A stretch of DNA of 32,000 nt from assembly GCA_024275415.1 (NCBI GenBank), contig JAJRZD010000014.1, positions 1 through 32,000 on the forward strand, read 5' to 3'. The notes below the pieces were generated by a model. The model made no database searches and was not told the origin of the DNA. It saw only the letters and a list, made by a program, of their open reading frames with translations. The position numbers were made by a program, and so were the translations under genes. Below are positions 26,458-32,000 of the stretch, in pieces (position 1 is the first letter of the stretch; each line of letters begins with the position of its first letter). Source of the DNA: an archaeon. GTDB lineage: Archaea > Asgardarchaeota > Thorarchaeia > Thorarchaeales > Thorarchaeaceae.

Positions 26458-27102
26458 CTATACTGCAGAATGATTGCACACTCCTTGTTTGCTGAAGGGA
26501 CATAACCGGCATTTCCGTGGTGATGGCTTCGGACGCGCTTCTCTTTCTCTGTACCATATCTCATCCAGTTTCTTGATTGATTTAACGGTTCTTGGCTCAT
26601 TGAACCGTTGAGAAAACCTGACGCCCGCATTACATCTCCAACAGGATGAATGTTCATTGTTATGCAAGCAGTCATCCGCAACAGTCTGAAGGCAATACAC
26701 CGTTGTGATCATTGTCGAGCGAATTGAAAACCCTTTTTCTTTCAGTCCCAAGACATAAAGGGACGCTTGAAACATATCTTCCTCTATCGGTTTCTTGGGC
26801 AAGACACTTCGAGGAAACTTCCTCTCGATTACCTCCTCCAATACCGGACCTGAACCACAGCGGACTATGATGCTGTCGAATCGCCCTCTGAATCTATAGG
26901 TCAGCGAAACAACGTTCTTTTCTGAGAGGATTATCTTTCTCATCGACGTTCCTTTATCGCATTGTTCTAGGAACTCATTGAGTGACCAATTCGACTTCAC
27001 AGGCGACCTAAAACCAAGTCCTCCGCTGAAGGAGCTTGGCCCCCTCAGATAGATGAGCAGGAGAATTATCGCTATGAAACTCACCAGAAAGAACCAGCTC
27101 AA
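26458..27102 (-). CDS. Cas4-like PD-(D/E)xK nuclease, catalytic/C-terminal part, with N-terminal TM helix
   Basis: RGRFD (motif II), IERK (ExK), QASLY (QxxxY), C-terminal CRLC-x7-C; TM WFFLVSFIAIILLLIYL; TTG 27102 preceded by GGGGTGA. Confidence 0.72.
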   Translation of the reverse strand: MSWFFLVSFIAIILLLIYLRGPSSFSGGLGFRSPVKSNWSLNEFLEQCDKGTSMRKIILSEKNVVSLTYRFRGRFDSIIVRCGSGPVLEEVIERKFPRSVLPKKPIEEDMFQASLYVLGLKEKGFSIRSTMITTVYCLQTVADDCLHNNEHSSCWRCNAGVRFSQRFNEPRTVKSIKKLDEIWYREREARPKPSPRKCRLCPFSKQGVCNHSAV

Positions 27103-27106
27103 GATG

Positions 27107-27364
27107 TCACCCCAATATCCACAATACCGCCATGATCGTTGCCAGAGCAAACAGGAGTGCCTTTATTGTCCATGGCTTGTTGTCTGCTCTATGATGCTCT
27201 CCCACTGCCATCTGATTGTGCAACTCTGTCCCCCTCGAAGTCCATTCATTCATGTGTGTCCCGTGAATCCTTTGCAGGTGATACCTGTATTCACAAATGA
27301 ACTGGGTTCGGAGATCTGATACTGAACGGAACCGTTCAACAGGTTTCGACCGGTCTGTTCTCAT
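27107..27364 (-). CDS. Small protein resembling the Cas4 N-terminal segment, with C-terminal TM helix
   Basis: SVSDLRTQFICEY (first Fe-S Cys motif), RGTELH (GxxxH), then TM IKALLFALATIMAVLWILG. Confidence 0.68.
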   Translation of the reverse strand: MRTDRSKPVERFRSVSDLRTQFICEYRYHLQRIHGTHMNEWTSRGTELHNQMAVGEHHRADNKPWTIKALLFALATIMAVLWILG

Positions 27365-27557
27365 TGTACTCGAACTGATGTTTCGATATAACCTGAAAAA
27401 CTCCTATCAGATCTGACTCGGTCATAGGTACGAAAATGCCATCATTGCTTATCAAAAAGTGGAGTACAAACAGGAGAGGTTTATTTATATTCTTCAATCA
27501 ACATGTCGTAGGACACGGATTAGCACAGCAATCCGAGGGAATCAATGCTTGGGTGAT

Positions 27558-27986
27558 ATGATGTCTGGTGATGACGGTTACGATGGTGCCACCGCAGGTA
27601 GAGTTTTGACATTTGATGAGAGTGAGTCTGTCACTTTTCCAAAATCCTTTCGAGATGCAATGGGGACGGATCAAGGTCTGATGGTGCTTGTCTATAAAGA
27701 CAGGCTGATTAAGATATTCCCCCTAGAAACTGAGGATGTCACATATTTGAGCCTTGAAATCGGAAAGCTTACAAATGATTTCCTGACCAAGCTATCGCAG
27801 ATTTTCAAAGACTGCGGACTTGTGGATCTACTATTTTCAACTGGGGTTTGCTTACGTGGGACGCGATGCTTCTATGAATGCTATTTCAACCCAAGTCAGC
27901 TGAATACCACCGTAGATGAGCTTCGTTCTGCACTCTCAAAATTAGACGGAGTCAAACAGGTCGTAGTGGAGAGAGTCTTATCCTAG
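27558..27986 (+). CDS. AbrB-like / ACT-like domain regulator
   Basis: N-terminal VLTFDESESVTFPKSFRDAMG resembles a swapped-hairpin DNA-binding motif; C-terminal beta-alpha-beta ACT-like pattern; GGGTGA SD before ATG 27558/27561. Confidence 0.55.
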   Translation: MMSGDDGYDGATAGRVLTFDESESVTFPKSFRDAMGTDQGLMVLVYKDRLIKIFPLETEDVTYLSLEIGKLTNDFLTKLSQIFKDCGLVDLLFSTGVCLRGTRCFYECYFNPSQLNTTVDELRSALSKLDGVKQVVVERVLS

Positions 27987-28049
27987 GACAAGAATCTCAC
28001 CATCACGTTTTTTGAATGAGAATGTGTTAGGATACGGAGCACTCCCTTT

Positions 28050-28649
28050 ATGCAAGAACTAGCAGGGTTCCTGACAGGTCTTATTGTACAAGGGTACCTA
28101 GGACTCTTCATCGCCTGTTTTCTGATCAACATGTTGCCTTTTGCCCCCTCGAATATGGTACTTGCTGGGGTCGCAAAGGTTCTTCTTCCCTACATGGGCT
28201 GGGTGGAGATTGGCATTATTGTTGCAGCGGCAGCCACTCTCGCGAAGGTCGTTCACTACTATCTTGTAAGAACCTCTCGTGTGGTTCTCTCTGAGGAGAA
28301 TCTCTCAAAACTGGATCGTGAACGCGAGCGTGTTGAGAAATGGGGCCCTCTTGCCATGTTTTTTGCTGCGGGATCCCCGTTTCCTGATGACCCAATAATC
28401 GTATACGTTGCCCTGACAAAGTATAATGTCGTCAAGTCCTTTGTCAGTTATTACTTGGGCAAGGTTCTTGTCACTCTTGCAGGAGCATTCATCGGAGGGG
28501 CTCTTGGTGAACTCTTCGGTTCAATTCCAATGATAATCGCATCCCTTGCACTGACTCTCCTCATTACCGCCTACCTGTTCACTCGGGAGCGCGAGGAAAC
28601 TCCGGTTATCATGGAAACCGACAATGCCATCTCTGATGTACACGCTTAG
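28050..28649 (+). CDS. DedA/VTT (SNARE-associated-like) membrane protein
   Basis: Hydrophobic; PFAPSNMV, FFAAGSPFPDD, YYLGK motifs typical of DedA/VTT. Confidence 0.78.
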   Translation: MQELAGFLTGLIVQGYLGLFIACFLINMLPFAPSNMVLAGVAKVLLPYMGWVEIGIIVAAAATLAKVVHYYLVRTSRVVLSEENLSKLDRERERVEKWGPLAMFFAAGSPFPDDPIIVYVALTKYNVVKSFVSYYLGKVLVTLAGAFIGGALGELFGSIPMIIASLALTLLITAYLFTREREETPVIMETDNAISDVHA

Positions 28650-28717
28650 TCTGTATTTGCTTTGGCACAAGTCTTAAGTGTCAAGGTTTCCGCTAAGTTC
28701 ACTTGCAGGTCTTCAAG

Positions 28718-29116
28718 ATGCCCGGTACAAGTACTATCGACGTTAAGTGTGTGAAGTGCAAGAATGTCTTCGAAGCAGTGGTGATTGACCACATAGACCT
28801 GTCCGAGGATGCTGATTTGATACGAAATCTGAAGGCGGGTAAGGCAAACAGGGTGCAATGTCCCAAGTGTCGAAAGGTCATGTATCTGGACCGTAGCCTG
28901 GTAATCAATTTTGAGCCTCAAAGCCTGATTGTGGTTTACGATAGCAAGGCCAAGTCCAAGGCGAAAAAAGAAGTCCACAGAAGGGAGTTTGAGTCTGTCA
29001 CAGCTTTCAATGAAACCCTTTCTGAATTGGCTGGAGAAACAGAGTTTCAGGTGGTCAGCGACCTGCCCACCCTCAAGAAACTCATCGATGAATATGCGAA
29101 GATGTATGTTATCTAG
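28718..29116 (+). CDS. CpXC-domain zinc-binding protein
   Basis: CVKCKNVFE...IDL...L..G...VQCPKC pattern; start likely ATG 28718. Confidence 0.7.
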   Translation: MPGTSTIDVKCVKCKNVFEAVVIDHIDLSEDADLIRNLKAGKANRVQCPKCRKVMYLDRSLVINFEPQSLIVVYDSKAKSKAKKEVHRREFESVTAFNETLSELAGETEFQVVSDLPTLKKLIDEYAKMYVI

Positions 29117-30219
29117 GATTGTCGTTTCCCAAGCAGAAACTCCTCGACCCACCTTTCTGCCCTGTACATGGTTGTAGGGGCAGGTGGCATTTTGAACCCG
29201 TAAGCCGAGAGTGACTCGAGAGCTCCACCAACGCCTCTGCGGATTGCAAGCTTTGTCCCGCGGACTGCGTCAAAGAGTATTGGTGCGGCATTTGGTCCAT
29301 CTGTTACTTCCATCCTGATATCTATCTTGATGGGTGCACCACCGAACTGTCTTCCAAGGATATAGAAGTACGAGTCCCTGCTGTTATCCATGAAATTGAC
29401 ATAGTCTGACGAGCCTGCGACCAACGGGGCATCATATGGGAGATCCTGACTAATGGCAGAGCTTTTGACTCCTCGCTTTCGCATCCGTCCACGATAATGG
29501 GAATCCAGCGACTCTGCCCCGCCTCCGACATCTAACTGATAACTCTTGTCAACTCTCACCCCGCGGGCGACCAACAGTTGTAAGATGTTTCTGTGGAGCA
29601 CGGTGGATCCAAGTTGGTCTTGGATGTCGTCCCCAACCAAGGGGATCTTTTTCTCTTCGAATTTCTTGCTCCATTCGATATCAGATGCTATCGGTATTGG
29701 TGTCCCGTTGATGAAGGCACACCCCGCATCAAGGGCCGCCTGTGCGTAGAATTGAGAGGCATTCTCAGCAGAGCCAGGAAGGAGGTTCACTACTATCTCA
29801 GTGCCTGCCTCTTTCAACGCCTTGACAACATCTACTTCTGGTTTGGTCGATATGGTGACAAGGGACATCAGCATATCATCCACACCATCGTGGAGCTCTC
29901 CCTTCTGGACTTTCACTCCTGTCTTGGGAACCTCTGCGAATCGCATGACATTATTGGGCGAGGCAAATATGGCATCTGCCAGATCCAAGCCAACTTTGCT
30001 ATCCACAACATCGAATGCCGCAACGACCTTGATGTCATTGACATGGAAACCTGCGAAATCGGCGTATCCTAGCCCTACAAGTTCCTCACTGTTGCTCTTT
30101 ACGTTCTTGTAGTACTCAAGACCTTGCACGAATGCGCTTGCAACATTGCCAATGCCTACAAGTGCCACTTTAATCCCGTTCATCTTGATTGCCTCTCTTG
30201 CAATTGGTTCTTCGAGCAT
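29113..30219 (-). CDS. ino1: myo-inositol-1-phosphate synthase homolog (actinobacterial/archaeal type), divergent active site
   Basis: VALVGIGNVASAFVQG, AAFDV, IFASPNN, FYAQAALDAG, GDD; start at ATG 30219 or 30183 (the track extension to 30375 is IS-derived sequence). Confidence 0.85.
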   Translation of the reverse strand: MLEEPIAREAIKMNGIKVALVGIGNVASAFVQGLEYYKNVKSNSEELVGLGYADFAGFHVNDIKVVAAFDVVDSKVGLDLADAIFASPNNVMRFAEVPKTGVKVQKGELHDGVDDMLMSLVTISTKPEVDVVKALKEAGTEIVVNLLPGSAENASQFYAQAALDAGCAFINGTPIPIASDIEWSKKFEEKKIPLVGDDIQDQLGSTVLHRNILQLLVARGVRVDKSYQLDVGGGAESLDSHYRGRMRKRGVKSSAISQDLPYDAPLVAGSSDYVNFMDNSRDSYFYILGRQFGGAPIKIDIRMEVTDGPNAAPILFDAVRGTKLAIRRGVGGALESLSAYGFKMPPAPTTMYRAERWVEEFLLGKRQS

Positions 30220-30299
30220 CCGTTCCCCTTTAAGTTTTATGACCATAGAATAGTTGAGCTGCCAGCTTTGACATATTAGCACTTTTCCCAACTTCTGGC

Positions 30300-30772
30300 T
30301 CTGTGAAAAGTCACACTCCACGAAGTTCAGGCGTCCTATGTTATGGAGGACTACCTTTCCTCTCCCAAAGGTCACTCATCCACACGAGATCCCAAGACTC
30401 TTTAGTGTACACCTGTACATGATCCTCCATCTACAAGAACCATCAGACGACTCTCGCATTTCCTCAACACCTTCCGGATGAATGTCCTTGCGTCAAGACC
30501 TGACCTACCTCTGGTGACCCGGACTGCAAGGAACTCTCAGGAACCAACGTCTATGGCGGTTCAGAGGTATCTCCATCGACCTCCCATCTTGACCTTGAAC
30601 TCGTCGATGGTCACAGCTCGTCGAAGTGCTTTTTGTACAGTGAAGAGGGAGGGATCATGAGGGACAGACCTACAAGGTAGAGGAGGATTCCAAGGGCATG
30701 TGTTTCGACATATGTCCTGTCCCGTTTGAAAATACCACTGGCTTTCAGGGATTCTCTCATGAGTGTTAACAT
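30300..30772 (-). pseudogene. Degenerate IS6-family (IS240-like DDE) transposase
   Basis: MLTLMRESLKASGIFKRDR...LLYLVGLS, then frameshift to RRAVTIDEFKVKMGGRWRYL*TAIDVGS*EFLAVRVTRGRSGLDARTFIRKVLRKC...VLVDGG, then frameshift to YR..LKSLG...VTFG; in-frame TGA at 30561-30563 and 30537-30539; 3' boundary approximate. Confidence 0.8.
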
Positions 30773-31161
30773 ACTTTCCTAGGAGTCAGTGGATTCTTTG
30801 CTTCCTTCCTCCAACCTTAAGTTGACACCCCTCCCATGTGAATACGTAGACTTAATTGGGTATGATGCACATAGAGTAATGGACGTAAGGTCAATACACA
30901 ATGCAGCTCGAGAAATGTGATCCTGACAATAGTAGGATGACATCTCCTCATGTCGTAGCTGAGTGGAATGTTCATCAAATTTGAAGATTCCATCCTCACA
31001 TGATGTTCAGAGGAAGGCTACGTATGAAGGGAATCTGAGCGTATTATGTTCATCAGAAAATGGGGTGGACCTTGTGTTGCCTACTGGCAAATATTAGGAA
31101 ATGTATTGACCTTCGTCCACTTCTTCTCTGTGGAGATTGCTAGGATGGTTTACGTCCTACG

Positions 31162-32000
31162 TCACTCCTGTGCCTTAATCGATCCTGCCAAAAGATCCAC
31201 TATATCCACGGTTCTGACACTGCTATTGATTAGGTCTGCACCAGAGTTAAGATTGGTCTCACAGAACGGGCAAGCTGTAATGATTATCTCTGCACCAGTT
31301 CCTTCTGCTACCTTGACCCTATCAGCAGCTATCCTCTTTGACAGGTCTGGGTCATAGGAGCGTAAGCCCCCGCCTGCACCACAGCATATTGCTGCACTTC
31401 TGTTAGGGTTCATCTCTACGAGTTCCAGCCCCGGAATGCCGTCTATCACTTTCCTTGGCTCATCATAGATTCCCAACTCTCGCCCGATATGACAGGGGTC
31501 GTGATAGGTCACCTTCTTGGTTTCAATGTTCTTGAGAGGAATTTTCTGTTCCTCGATTAACTGGGCTGCGTATTGAACGATATGAACGATTTCAGGAAGG
31601 TCTAGATCAAACAATTCTGCGAAGTCCTTCTTCAGGGTCTTCATACATCCGGCACATGAAACAATAATCTTCTTCGCCCCAGATTCCTTGATCGCTTTAG
31701 CCGCTCGCTCTGCGTTTGTTCGGGCAACTTCCTGTTTCCCTGTCCTTAGTAGGACTGAACCGCAACATGGTTCATTCTCCATGACAAAGAAATCTTCCCC
31801 GACCGCGTGAAGGATTCGTGCAGTATTCTTCGCTGTTTCCTGCATCCTGAGGCTTGCGGTACATCCTGTAAAGTACAGTGTATCACCTTCAGTCGGGATG
31901 TCAAATTCCATCTCTTTGACCCACTCCCGTTTGACTGATGCCTCTTCTTGGTATGGGTTGTCATTAGTACTGATGCTTGCAGCTAGTCGGTCTCTTGCCT
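31162..32000 (-). CDS. CCG-domain Fe-S oxidoreductase (HdrD/GlcF-like), 5'-truncated by the window edge
   Basis: YFTGC, CCGS, SCAGC, YHDPCHIGR, CCGAGGG, TACPFC; frame stays open from 31911 to the window end. Confidence 0.9.
   Translation of the reverse strand, partial: ARDRLAASISTNDNPYQEEASVKREWVKEMEFDIPTEGDTLYFTGCTASLRMQETAKNTARILHAVGEDFFVMENEPCCGSVLLRTGKQEVARTNAERAAKAIKESGAKKIIVSCAGCMKTLKKDFAELFDLDLPEIVHIVQYAAQLIEEQKIPLKNIETKKVTYHDPCHIGRELGIYDEPRKVIDGIPGLELVEMNPNRSAAICCGAGGGLRSYDPDLSKRIAADRVKVAEGTGAEIIITACPFCETNLNSGADLINSSVRTVDIVDLLAGSIKAQE

Noticed and set aside
26010-27364. CRISPR-Cas locus implied by the Cas4-like genes
   Set aside because: No repeat-spacer array and no cas1, cas2 or other cas genes anywhere in the window
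27407-27416. 10-bp palindrome tcagatctga in the Cas4-like/AbrB-ACT divergent region
   Set aside because: A single short palindrome is expected by chance in 32 kb; no second copy seen
30220-30375. Long N-terminal extension of ino1 in the ORF track
   Set aside because: It reads through decayed transposase sequence (VTFG...); homology to MIPS begins near 30183
30537-30563. In-frame TGA codons as possible selenocysteine
   Set aside because: They fall at positions where IS6 transposases have Trp and Arg/Lys-type residues, not Cys, and frameshifts accompany them; pseudogenisation is simpler
30478-30660. Track ORF listed on the minus strand (MNVLASRPD...)
   Set aside because: The translation actually matches the + strand, and it is antisense to the IS6 remnant; treated as spurious
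30830-31161. SECIS-like element or small gene downstream of the Fe-S oxidoreductase
   Set aside because: Only short 5-6 bp hairpins with no AUGA/GA kink-turn core; ORF fragments are interrupted and unrecognisable

Overview
Archaeal chromosomal segment, most likely from an Asgard archaeon. This is inferred from archaeal TopoVI, RadA, aRF1, PheRS, CofE and GGR genes lying next to two Rab-like small GTPases and a Roadblock/LC7 gene; Thorarchaeia is a guess. The left end (1-~1700) is the AT-rich edge of an integrated element ending in a tyrosine integrase with a C-terminal Zn ribbon. The rest is mainly housekeeping and eukaryotic-signature genes, with a decayed IS6-family transposase near 30.3-30.8 kb and a truncated CCG-domain Fe-S oxidoreductase at the right edge. 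No tRNA, rRNA or CRISPR array was found. Best leads: (1) a Cas4-like Fe-S nuclease that appears split into two adjacent genes, each with one transmembrane helix at the split point (26458-27364); (2) a TopoVI-A/Spo11 subunit with a ~350-aa N-terminal extension of lysine-rich tails and two RadA-like HhH domains, plus a TopoVI-B with a ~90-aa insertion in its ATPase fold; (3) a ~100-nt structured leader whose stem overlaps the SD of a 34-aa uORF coupled to an MFS transporter; (4) a Rab / coiled-coil / CBS / Rab locus; (5) an inositol-1-phosphate synthase homolog with substituted catalytic lysines; (6) a divergent aRF1 in a window where UAG is the commonest stop codon. All family calls come from motif recognition by eye; no searches were run.
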